Shown: one piece after another, positions 36,168 to 46,541 of the stretch
Position numbering within the stretch: position 1 is the stretch's first letter
Layout of the letters: every line of letters begins with the position of its first letter
Assembly: GCA_965645245.1 (NCBI GenBank)
Contig: OZ287087.1
Location: 496,001 to 560,000, forward strand
Origin: Massalongia carnosa
Taxonomy: Eukaryota
Direction of reading: 5' to 3'
DNA: 64,000 bases
The notes under the pieces: generated by a model
Database searches by the model: none
What the model saw: the letters and a program-made list of their open reading frames with translations, nothing else
What the model was told of the DNA's origin: nothing
Translations under genes and position numbers: made by a program

Positions 36168-39100
36168 TGTCAACCTTTCACATGAATTCAGGAAGGATGA
36201 AAAAGGCTGTATTCTGTATGTGGGAAATGCCCACATCTAGCTACCTATATAGAAAGGAAAAGGGGTCATGGCAGCAACGATATCAACCCCGGCAAATTGA
36301 GGGGTAAAGGTGTGGAAGAAATGGCGTAGCTTAGCGGCATCTGCCGCGACAGGGGGTCGAGGATCGGCGATGAGAATCGACCACATTCAGGTTTGACACA
36401 CCCCCCCAGGATGCGAAGCATCCTGACCAAAAGAAGAAAACATGAAGCAATTCCCATTCGAGAAAAAGGTGCAATTCTTGCAAAATCAAAATGAGATGCC
36501 AGTGAAAAGAAATTTCTGCCCGCCGAGAGGAATTCCGCCCGGTTCACTCCCGCCTGCCCCATTCCTAAATCAGACACTTGATATCAATAAGGCCTAGCAT
36601 TTCCAGAAAGGAACGATGCTTTTGCGGAGGCAAGGGCTTGGTGAGACCATCTGCCGTCATCCGGTTGGTCTGTAGATAACCCACATTGAGATGACCAAAT
36701 TGAACGCTCTGTCTCAACCACAACTGAGCGATGTCTACATGCAGAAGTTTGGTGGTAACTTTGGGCTGTTCCGACGTCAGAATGCGGATGGTCTGCATGT
36801 TATCATTGTAGATTTTGACCGAATGGTCGTAGTCGAATCCCAGCTTGCCAAAGAAATTAATCCACCAGATGCATGCCTTGCCGGCATGGAGAAGGGCAAG
36901 CAATTCTGCCTCTGTCGTCGAAGTTGAGACGGTCGCCTGCTTCCTGGCAGCCCAGTCGATCATGCCGCCATATAGCTTGAATGTGAAACCCTCGTAGCTG
37001 CGTCGCTCGGGACTATTTGCAAAGCTGGCATCGGCAGTGTTTTCGAAGACATGCTTTGCCGAGAGCTGATCATCATCCGGAGACTGCACGGTAAGCTCGC
37101 CACCTCCCGAGGGTGAGTATTTTATCGCCAGATACTTAGTCGCGTGTAGATATTGCAGGCAGTGATTTGCCGCGTCTAGATGCTCCAGACCGGGACAGGT
37201 GAGATGCTCTGCCAATTTGGAGGCAGCTTTGGCAACGTCCGGCCGAGTGATATTCGCGGGATAGCAGATCGATCCTACCTTTTTACGATATTCCTGCCTC
37301 AGGGATTGGTCGACTGACCGAGGCGAGTCCGAGTCTGGGCTAGCTGCCGAGGCAGAGGTGAATGCGATGAAGTCTGACGGTAGCGGGGATGACGGAGATT
37401 TAGACGTGTCTATCTCGTATTCAATTGCCAACTTGTCCATGTAGGAGTCTTGACAAAGATAAATGTCGCCAGCATTTCGAACAATCCGTACACCGAGAAA
37501 GAAGCTCAATTGGCCCATGTCGCGTAATTCAAATCGAGCATTCAACTTCTGAATCAGCAGATCTACGTCTGCAGCTCTACTTTCCGGAAAGATGATGACT
37601 ATGTCATCCACATAGAAAAAGAGGATGATGCCAGAGTAGTCGGTAAAAAGGCAGGGCTCGCCAGGGATCTGCTGCATGTCCAATGAGGTGAGTGCTTTGG
37701 AAAATTCTCGTAGCCATAGTAGAGGCGATTTTCGAAGCCCGTACAAAGCCCGGACCAGGAGCAAGCATTTCCCCTCGATGACGAAACCATCTGGCATGTA
37801 CACGTGGATGACCCTATCGGCTTTGGCATTTAGGAAGGCATTGATCGCGTCAAACTGCCTTGTCCTGAGTCCGAAAGCAGACGTCAGGGCCATGAGGCAC
37901 CTGAAGATCTTAATTGCCAGCGTAGAGGCGTATACATCTTCCGCCGAGACTTCTTCCAAATCCCCTCGGACTACCAGGCGTGCCTTGTATTTTACTAGAA
38001 AGCCATCCGGGTCGAACTTGTATGTAAATACCCACATTAGTGGAAGCGGCTTCTGATTGGAAGTTTTGGGAATGACGACGAAGGTGTCCATTCTGAGAAG
38101 AGTCTGATATTCAAATTCGGCTGCTTTGCGAAATCCTTCTGCATGGGGATGTCGAAGCATACCTCGCCACTGCTTCGGCGGCGGCGGCAGGCTGTCCCTA
38201 TGCAATCTGGTCGACCTAGTAGTCACTGCAAATGCCAAATAAACTTCCTTCATCCCGTCATCCAATCCCGAGTTTGTATTCCCTAGTGGTTCCGAAGCGA
38301 TGCCGAGTGGTCTGATGCCGAGAGGTGCTGCGAGATTTGCGAATTTCTGCTTCGGTTTTCTGACTCGTTTTCCTTCGACGATATTGCTGACATCCAATTT
38401 GGCAGATCCGATATTCCTACTGGGACCGGTGCCAAAAGATTCGGCAATGCCGAGAGGCGTCCGGCCGGTTTCTGGCAGATCAGTCGGTAGATCTATGCTA
38501 CTCGGAAGACTGTCTTTTACCACCCGTTTGTCGCGAGATGTTGACGAAGAAGATGTAGGTGCAGGTGCTGAAGTCGATGGAGGCGGAGTGCTCTCGGGAG
38601 TCGGAAGATGCTGCTGACTCGGTGAATGTCTCGGCATGATAGGGACGTCTTTCGCAGTCAACGACGCGGGCACATCCAGTGCGGACGAATTTTCAACCGA
38701 CGAAGAAGGATCAGCAAATGACCGATTGCGCACAGATGTCGCCAGCCATTGCTCCTCATTTTCTGCCAAATCAACAATGTAGGGAGCAGCATCGAAAACT
38801 TCCAGCTCTACAAACTCGGCCACCTTCTCTTCGGGAATCAGATCCTTTTTGACGTATGTGGAGAAGGTTTGATCCTCATCAAAGATAACATCTCTATATC
38901 CGCTGACCGACCAGGTCTCGGGATTCCAGACTCGATAAATGTTTGTAGAATCGTATCCGACCAGATAGCCAACAAATGCTCGAGGAGCTAGTTTCTCACT
39001 TTTTGGCGGGGCATCTTTACCTTTCAGAAGGGGATATGCCTTGCACCCAAAGACCTTGAGATGACCAATTTCGGAATTGTATGGCTTCTTCAGGGCTCGG

Positions 39101-41996
39101 TGCAGGGAGATGTGAGGCGATTTCCAATCTAGTCCTTTTGTCGGCGTCCTATTTAGCAAGTGTCCAGCAGCGAGATAGCACTCGGGATACAGATCTTCTG
39201 GCAAATCGGCGCCGATGCGAATGCATCTAGCCTTCTGAGTCAAAAGGCTTCCTGCCCTCTCAGCCGACCCATTCTGCTCCTTAGTATGCTTTGCGGACCA
39301 TTCAAACGCGATTCCCTGTTCCTTGACGAAGTCCTGAATGACGTCTCCAACCGACGTTTCCTGATCCATTCGAAAGGTCTGAACGAAAAGACCGAATTCG
39401 GCTCCGAGTCGATCGCACCGATTTATGACATGCTTGACAATCCTAAGTAGTGTCTCCTGCTTATGATCTTGCAGGGGGAAGACCCAATGAAACGAGGTGA
39501 AATCATCCTGAAAATGAGCGACGCAGGTGGTCCCATCGAAAGCAGTCCTTTTCAAAATAATGAGGTCAAAATGAAGACGCTGGAATGGTTTAGTGGCTTT
39601 AGTAGCCGAGACCCTTGATACTAGTGTATGCATTTTTGACAATGCGCACGTCTCACATTTCACTGTCTTTGGAGCATCTTGACCACTGTTACCTCTTGAA
39701 ATCTCAATCATCTTCTGATTCGACAACTGGTTAATGACTTCCGGTTGGCAATGTCCTAGGCGGAGATGAAATTTCCATGGCGTGCCTTTTGGGATGGCAT
39801 CTGCCGAGACTCGGGAACCGACGAAATTTGCGAAAGCACCAGCGTGGCCAACGGGACGATACTCGGCAGTGTAGAGACCGAAATGCTCTTCCAATTCGAA
39901 GATTGAAATACCCTTCTTCTCGACCGTGTCCGTATGCATGTTCCACAGAAATCCATCCTTTTTCAGCTTGCTGACCGAAATCAAAGTCACCGATGAGTCG
40001 GGAACGTATGCTGTGTGTCGAAAATGCAGAGGCTGATTCTTCCCTTTTAGTGTCCCATTCACCAACATTGTCCCAAAACCTTCAATAAGGAGATCTCCGT
40101 CGGGAGTCGAGACCCACTCGTATGCCGGGATGATTTCGTCAATAAAACGGGATTTGTCCCAGGTCAGATGATTGGAGCATCCCGAGTCGTAGGAGACGCT
40201 GAGATGAAGCAGATTGTCGCGATCCGAGATAGTATTTCCAAAAGAGACTGGAGCATTCTCGACAACAGGGAGCTCGGCGGGAGCATTGCCATTGCCTCGG
40301 CCACGACCTCCATCTCCGCGACCCCCTCGACCTCCACCTCTTCCTCTTCCTCGAGGTTTCAAAGGTTCATCAGGCTCGGAGATGCCGTTGAGAATGTCGG
40401 ATGTAGCGGCGCGTTTGACATACCAATAAAGCTTGGAATTGGACCCGATTTTTTGTCGGATGTGGTCGCGTATCTCCTTATTGAATTTCCATCCCGAGAT
40501 TCTAGACTCGACTGTCAAATAAGGGCATCTTTTCCAGGAGTGAGTTTCGCCGCAAAGGCATTCGTTATTGCTGTACTTGCTATCGTCAGAAGTGGAATTT
40601 CCCCGATCGGAAGACTGTCCTTGTAGAGAAGCGGAATTCGCCGAGAGCTGCTGACGACGACCAGTGCTGATTGCATTTTCTTCTATCTCGGTCCGATACT
40701 CATTGGCGGCCTCGAAGAATTTAAGGGGACGACCTGATACATTTCGTATCTTGATCCAGGTGTCGCAAAAGAATGGTGCCCATATCCGAGCGGCTTTCAG
40801 AAAGTGCTGAGTGTAGATATACTCACTATAGATGGGTTCAACTTTCAAAGCAACGATTTCTTCCCTCAGCGTTTCCCATTGGCAGATCCAAGATTCGATC
40901 TTCCCTTTCACCGGGTGAGAATTTCTCAACTCGTCGTATTGGCGATCGATCTGCCTTTGAACTTCGTCCGGACTCTTTTTGAATTTATGGGCCAGGGACT
41001 GAAGAATTTCTCGAACCGAGGATGATCTGACATTCCTGGCGACATAATCTTTAGCCGACTCTAGGATGACCGTATGAACCTTCTCAATTCCCATGGCTGC
41101 GGCCCTGGCATCTGCCTGAAGCCCTCGATGTGACCGTTCATCTGCATTGTACGACTCCTTCTGTGATTCCGAGAGATCGGCATACCGAGAACATGGTTCG
41201 GGAATCAGGACCGGCGGGCCATTTAAATCGCCGAGAACTGTCCCTTGAGAAGAACCTTGAGAAGCGACAATAGCAGGCGTAGGGATATTGGTAGAGTCAG
41301 TGCCAGGCGTATTAACCGGGACGACTTTGACGTAATCACTGAATTTGGGAAATTTGGGAATGGTAGGTTCCGATTCTGATCCTTCCGGATCGACGTACTC
41401 CCATACCTGAGATCGTACTGCGATACCCTTGATTTCCGACAACCAGGAATTGTAGGTCCTAGGCGTCAGAGCCGAGACGATGAGTTTCCGAGACGATCCC
41501 GACGAGTAGTCTTCCATTTGGGATAACCGACCAAAGATGGAGACAGATGGGAAAAACAGGGAAACGACCAAAAAGGCAAAGGAAAATAGAAGCACGAGGA
41601 ATAAATCAACTCTGCGATGCTCCATGAGAGATACGATAATTCCGGCGGCGATACTCAGCCTGCCTAGGATATTTCGGGGTCGATGAAGGCAGCGATAAAT
41701 CAGCTTACCAATAACTAAAGTTAAGACGGAGGCAGCGAAAAACTCAGCTAACCCGGGCTCATAACTGTCAACCTTTCACATGAATTCAGGAAGGATGAAA
41801 AAGGCTGTATTCTGTATGTGGGAAATGCCCACATCTAGCTACCTATATAGAAAGGAAAAGGGGTCATGGCAGCAACGATATCAACCCCGGCAAATTGAGG
41901 GGTAAAGGTGTGGAAGAAATGGCGTAGCTTAGCGGCATCTGCCGCGACAGGGGGTCGAGGATCGGCGATGAGAATCGACCACATTCAGGTTTGACA
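36168..41996 (-). mobile_element. Full-length Copia element C1
   Basis: 231-bp LTRs 36168-36398 and 41766-41996; TSD ctgct; PBS-like gttatgagcccgg. Confidence 0.97.
36565..41625 (-). CDS. Copia C1 gag-pol polyprotein (intact)
   Basis: YDSGC protease, FHLRLGH, integrase core, YVDD RT, ADASF RNase H. Confidence 0.93.
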   Translation of the reverse strand: MEHRRVDLFLVLLFSFAFLVVSLFFPSVSIFGRLSQMEDYSSGSSRKLIVSALTPRTYNSWLSEIKGIAVRSQVWEYVDPEGSESEPTIPKFPKFSDYVKVVPVNTPGTDSTNIPTPAIVASQGSSQGTVLGDLNGPPVLIPEPCSRYADLSESQKESYNADERSHRGLQADARAAAMGIEKVHTVILESAKDYVARNVRSSSVREILQSLAHKFKKSPDEVQRQIDRQYDELRNSHPVKGKIESWICQWETLREEIVALKVEPIYSEYIYTQHFLKAARIWAPFFCDTWIKIRNVSGRPLKFFEAANEYRTEIEENAISTGRRQQLSANSASLQGQSSDRGNSTSDDSKYSNNECLCGETHSWKRCPYLTVESRISGWKFNKEIRDHIRQKIGSNSKLYWYVKRAATSDILNGISEPDEPLKPRGRGRGGGRGGRGDGGRGRGNGNAPAELPVVENAPVSFGNTISDRDNLLHLSVSYDSGCSNHLTWDKSRFIDEIIPAYEWVSTPDGDLLIEGFGTMLVNGTLKGKNQPLHFRHTAYVPDSSVTLISVSKLKKDGFLWNMHTDTVEKKGISIFELEEHFGLYTAEYRPVGHAGAFANFVGSRVSADAIPKGTPWKFHLRLGHCQPEVINQLSNQKMIEISRGNSGQDAPKTVKCETCALSKMHTLVSRVSATKATKPFQRLHFDLIILKRTAFDGTTCVAHFQDDFTSFHWVFPLQDHKQETLLRIVKHVINRCDRLGAEFGLFVQTFRMDQETSVGDVIQDFVKEQGIAFEWSAKHTKEQNGSAERAGSLLTQKARCIRIGADLPEDLYPECYLAAGHLLNRTPTKGLDWKSPHISLHRALKKPYNSEIGHLKVFGCKAYPLLKGKDAPPKSEKLAPRAFVGYLVGYDSTNIYRVWNPETWSVSGYRDVIFDEDQTFSTYVKKDLIPEEKVAEFVELEVFDAAPYIVDLAENEEQWLATSVRNRSFADPSSSVENSSALDVPASLTAKDVPIMPRHSPSQQHLPTPESTPPPSTSAPAPTSSSSTSRDKRVVKDSLPSSIDLPTDLPETGRTPLGIAESFGTGPSRNIGSAKLDVSNIVEGKRVRKPKQKFANLAAPLGIRPLGIASEPLGNTNSGLDDGMKEVYLAFAVTTRSTRLHRDSLPPPPKQWRGMLRHPHAEGFRKAAEFEYQTLLRMDTFVVIPKTSNQKPLPLMWVFTYKFDPDGFLVKYKARLVVRGDLEEVSAEDVYASTLAIKIFRCLMALTSAFGLRTRQFDAINAFLNAKADRVIHVYMPDGFVIEGKCLLLVRALYGLRKSPLLWLREFSKALTSLDMQQIPGEPCLFTDYSGIILFFYVDDIVIIFPESRAADVDLLIQKLNARFELRDMGQLSFFLGVRIVRNAGDIYLCQDSYMDKLAIEYEIDTSKSPSSPLPSDFIAFTSASAASPDSDSPRSVDQSLRQEYRKKVGSICYPANITRPDVAKAASKLAEHLTCPGLEHLDAANHCLQYLHATKYLAIKYSPSGGGELTVQSPDDDQLSAKHVFENTADASFANSPERRSYEGFTFKLYGGMIDWAARKQATVSTSTTEAELLALLHAGKACIWWINFFGKLGFDYDHSVKIYNDNMQTIRILTSEQPKVTTKLLHVDIAQLWLRQSVQFGHLNVGYLQTNRMTADGLTKPLPPQKHRSFLEMLGLIDIKCLI

Positions 41997-42301
41997 CTGC
42001 TATATAATGAAGTAGATAGCTCACATATAATCCATACCTTCAATGACAATCATGCTATTATACTAACACGTGAATTTTACTATTCATCAGCAAGCACATC
42101 GTCAATATCTTCGAGCGAATCCGACGAGGCTTCTGATGAAAGCATAACATTATTATCGTCATCCGAAGGAAGCATAGGACTCATAGAACGACCGAGAATG
42201 GGCTGAGTGTTTATATACTGCACCTCGTCGTCGTCGGAGATGATAGGCGCGTTTTCGATTCTCTTCATGACTAAGTTTTCTCCTAAACCTATTGTACCTT
42301 G

Positions 42302-42567
42302 TGTTGAGTTAAATAGGTAGGTAATAAATAGTATGTGTGGGAAGGATTGATTATTCTATCTAGGTGGCTATCTACTATGTTTATATAGCTAGATAGATGA
42401 GAGATGAATAAGATAGAGAGCAGGCACAGCGGCAGGGCAGGTTTGCCTTGAATCTCCCTGCCGTACCACCTCATTACCTAGCCGTGGGCGGATCACCTGA
42501 AGACGTTATTCCCAAGCCGTTATGTTGCCGTCTGGCACGGCACAAAGGATGGCTGTCTCATCTAACA
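42302..42567. mobile_element. Solo LTR
   Basis: tgttg...taaca termini; TSD ccttg. Confidence 0.85.
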
Positions 42568-43367
42568 CCTTGTACCCATTATTAGCCGACCCGAGCGCAA
42601 TAGTGAGTTCTGTGATCAACGCGAAGCCTTGGATGAAGGCATAGTCTTGAAGACGAGTCTTCGCCTTCTTTCAAGACGAAACTAACTCATTCTCTTGCCG
42701 AGGGAGGAGGCGAGATGGGGCAATGGCATGTTGCTTCCGTGCATCCAAAGAAGTGGGATCGGACTCCATCGCGATGAGGAGTAATAAAGTATATAATATG
42801 AGGTATAGCATAAGTGGAAGGGGAGATTTAGGGAGGGCAAAGGTGAGGGTGAGGGCATGCTTTATCAGACCGAGTATGGTAATTATTAGTAGCAATAAAA
42901 ACGTGATACAATTTAAACCGAAAAGAGTTTAATGTGCTGTTGACAGCTGCATTACTAGCTTGTACGCACCCTGGATGAGTAGTAAAATGGCTGTTTACTA
43001 GCAAAGATTTACACAGGGGGGACGGTCGGGGGGACTGTCCCTAAGCATCTCGAAGCAGGAAAAGATCTCATTTCAATGGATTTAGTTATTGCTTGACTAC
43101 GCTCGGCTTATCTCAAAGTCACAAGGGCAGATATAACAGTTCTCCCTGTTTGATAACACCTCTTGCGCAGAGAGGACTGCAGCTTCCAGAATCTCTACAT
43201 GTGGTTTTTAATGCCAAGTCAGAATTGGCTTCGGAAGTTTGACGAGGCCGACGTTTTAAGCTGAGAGCTCAAGTGATTTTCCTCTAGCATTCGTTGCTCT
43301 GATCAGTTTCAATCAGGCAAAAGTCTTGACAGTGCAAGTCCAGTATCCTTCAAACCCCTCTTCTTCT

Positions 43368-43702
43368 TGTTGGATGTTAGATGATGAGGCCACCATCATC
43401 ATGGGCATCCATCATGAGCCTCGGGAGGTGCCTTGCAAAGTGCCCAAACAAGCAGAGATGGGAGACAAGGTCTGACCGTCAGGGGGACAAGGTCTGACCG
43501 TCAGGAGGACAAGGTCTGACCGTCAGGAGGACAAGGTCTGACCGTCAGGAGGACAAGGTCTGACCGTCAGGGGGACAAGGTCTGACCTCCTAGATGTGAC
43601 TGTTTTGTGACTGCTATATAAAGCAGACAAATAGCCCACATAGATAATCACCTTCAATGACAATCATGCTACTATACCTACAAAGTGAATTTATATTTCA
43701 TA
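43368..43702 (+). mobile_element. Solo LTR of the Copia D family with TG..TA termini and six 22-bp internal repeats
   Basis: TSD cttct; matches the LTR at 60535-60778, which has two repeat units. Confidence 0.88.
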
Positions 43703-44331
43703 CTTCTTCCTCCTCTTTCTCCTTCTCTTCTACCTCTCCCCGCACAGCAAAGCCGTTTCCCTATCATCATCATCATCCACTACCTCAGGAACTTTGTCTA
43801 CCATTTAGCATCGAGCATAATCCTCCCCATGACGAGAAAGCAAACGTTATTCAAGTCGCTTCTCACGGCGGAACCACCCAGTATCTTTGTCATATAGGTC
43901 GGAAAGCCGGCTAAAACACACCTCGGCTCCCTTCAGCCCGTTCAGTAGACCTCATTCATCCCAAAGCTCAATGAAAGACTCGAGTGATGAAATGCTCAAG
44001 TACATCAAGACCTCCGTCGGGATTACGACAAGCGAGAAGGCAACTACGTTGATGAACATACAAGGACTCCTATTCGACGAAGACTGTCATTTTACTGTCA
44101 GACTTGGTCAAGTCTTGCGGGGGCTGGTAATGCACATTTTAGGTGTAGCTTCTTAAGGATTAAACTGATGAACGATGATTAACAGTACATCGCAGATCGA
44201 ACCTTTTCATAACACTGTCATCACACCGTCGTCACGCCGACAAGGATATTACGATCACATCAGAAATAAGAGTCGAATCAGAAACGCACCAAACCCGTAA
44301 TTCAGCGATCATGTTAAGCCATTGAACAACT

Positions 44332-45986
44332 TTATACTAGAATTTCGTTCAGCTTCATAAGTATCTAAAGACATTGTTAGCACGAGCTTTCCGTAAAAGC
44401 CGTATAATTGATAAACCTTGTCAATGTATTTCACACCCACTAAGACACCATCCTGGTCTTCGAACTCGCTCTGATCGCCAAAATCTGCATTGTCTTGATC
44501 TAGGCAAGTCAGACAGTTTATCACAACTTCCTCGTATCGCTCTCCCATCCGCTTGGATAGATCGCGTTTCGCAACAGCGATCAGGCGCTCTTTAATCAGA
44601 GCTGGCTGTTTGAGTTCGGGGCTGTTCAAAGTAATGCCGAGTGCTGCGGCAGGAAGAGGGGCTGTCACACCATCCGCATATGATACGAATGACTCCCACA
44701 ACCCAACCTCCAAAAGACAGACACCTAGGCTGTAGATGTCATGTTGCATGGTATAGATTTCCTCAGGGTTCAATCCCTGACGATGTGGGTGACGGTAGAG
44801 ATTCTTCTCCCAAGTAGAGTCACCTGACCGCCTTGTTCGACCATCTACTGTGCGCATCTTCTCGAAACCGACAAGGAAGAACAAGCCAAACTCAGATTCA
44901 TTAGTTTGGAAGCCAAGAACAGTCTCGGGCCGGACGTTCTTGTGCACAAAGCCAAGTGTATGGACATAGCTGATAGACTTGGCCAGTTGTTTTGCAAGCT
45001 GGAAACGGTCTGTAAGTGTATGATCGAAATATGAGGAGAGATAACTCCGAAGACTTCTAGGCTCGTTGCTGAGCTCTCTGGGTATTCGGAATATGAAATC
45101 AAAAGAGGATGATCTCCCGCTGCTGGGTTCCATAACTCGAACTACACCGCGGCACTGAAGTATGCCGAATGTAAGAGGGTCCACAGAAGAGAGTTTTCTT
45201 GCAAGCTCCCTTACATCTCTTGTCATCAAGCCTATGTCGACTTCCGGATCGCATGGGATGCGGTCTACCACGAACCATTTGTCCGAGCCAGCTCTCTGCA
45301 TACACTTCGCAGATGCGAAAGGAATCTCGCGCATCCCCGCCGTCTCAAGTCCATCTTTTGGAAGGAAAACGGAGACTTTCTGAAGAGGCTGCTCCCTCAG
45401 AGCGTCTCTAAGGCTATGCGTGCCGGTGAACGAAGATATCGCCGACCCATTTCTGCTCAGCTCCTGATCAATCAAGGGACTTGAGACCTTCAGGATTAAA
45501 AACCAAGATGGATCGAACAACTTCTGCCATGAGGTCAAATCCTCAATAGATTCATCAAGACATTTTTTAATCAGGACATATTTCAATTTATTTACTTCTA
45601 TAACCCAGCCATTTGTTGCTTGATTATCGGATCTCCTTTCGGACAGTTTAACAAGTTTAGAGGTTATGAGGCTTAATTTGTTGATTAGTACCTGGTAAAT
45701 CTGATCCTGAATTGATTGATGTTCCTCGTCCAGGCCGTTCCATATCCGCTTGATAAAGTCTAGTTGTAAGTCTGTGCGTTTCCAGTGATTTTCTACGCAG
45801 AGTACTCGCTCATTTATCTCGGCCTCTGCGCCCTTGAAGGTTGCGCATGTCTCGACAAGAATCTTACCATATCTGGATTGTGTCAGATGGCAGTGCAACA
45901 GAGAGAGAATGGAGACGAGCAACTCACTTGATACATAGGTCGGCTGTTGCAAAAACAGCAAACGTTATCCCGACTACTTCTGCCAT
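44332..45986 (-). CDS. HeLo-like domain + pseudokinase (MLKL-like) protein, ~515 aa
   Basis: Exons 45986-45928, 45872-44417, 44364-44332 (GT..AG, in frame). Hydrophobic N-terminal helix MAEVVGITFAVFATADLCIKYGK and a helical domain, then a kinase fold with VHKNVRPET, LVGFE, LYRHP, DIYSLGVCLLE. HeLo assignment is by family recognition, not by a search. Confidence 0.85.
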
Positions 45987-46541
45987 GAGTCACGACAGTG
46001 TACTTGGATCCTGGACACAAAAAAAGCGGTAAATGATGGGGAAGAGAGACGTCGTTGTATTCCATTAGGCGGAACACTCGATAGAGGCGGTGTCTGCTCT
46101 AGCTAGATAGGGTAAAGCTTGAGCTTGGGGATGTGATGGCGGGGCTGAATCCTAAGGCAGAAGGCATAAGGCTAGATTTCGTTTTCCGTAGCCATCATGA
46201 GAACGAGCTTATACCTACCTATATCATAAAGGGGTGTTTGAGAGGTCTCCTTCACGCTCTGCCAGTCAGAATAACCGGACCCTGTCATCTCCGTTGAATC
46301 CGGCGCCTCTGACGACGACCCCGTCGCTGATGCGGAGCAGTGCTCAGGCTTCGGGATGTAGGTCAGGCATAGTTCACATACTACACTATGGTACATGAAT
46401 GACCGACCATCTTTTGCGCGTTGTGATTGTAAGCTGTGATCGGTGACTGCCGGTATCCTACGATTTGCGCGTGAGTTCGAGCTGATGATCTACAGACCAA
46501 GCGCCTCCTGTCCGCACAAGAGCAGATGTCAGATCGCTACC
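45987..46541. promoter_or_regulatory. Putative bidirectional promoter region
   Basis: 555 bp between divergent ATGs; no TE recognised in it. Confidence 0.55.

Larger units (their letters stand above)
31568..42089 (+). mobile_element. Ty1/Copia element B; own 5' LTR missing, 3' LTR 36012-42089 split by Copia C1
   Basis: PPT tgaatgggag precedes tgtcagatg; LTR resumes after C1 and ends ttcatca. Confidence 0.85.
30833..43052. mobile_element. Non-autonomous MULE-like TIR element hosting nested LTR elements
   Basis: ~100-bp TIRs cgagatgcttagggacagtcc...; 9-bp TSD aagcaggaa. Confidence 0.88.

Noticed and set aside
44309..45961. ORF-track termini of the 550-aa ORF
   Set aside because: Both ends read through introns; the spliced model 45986-44332 is better supported.
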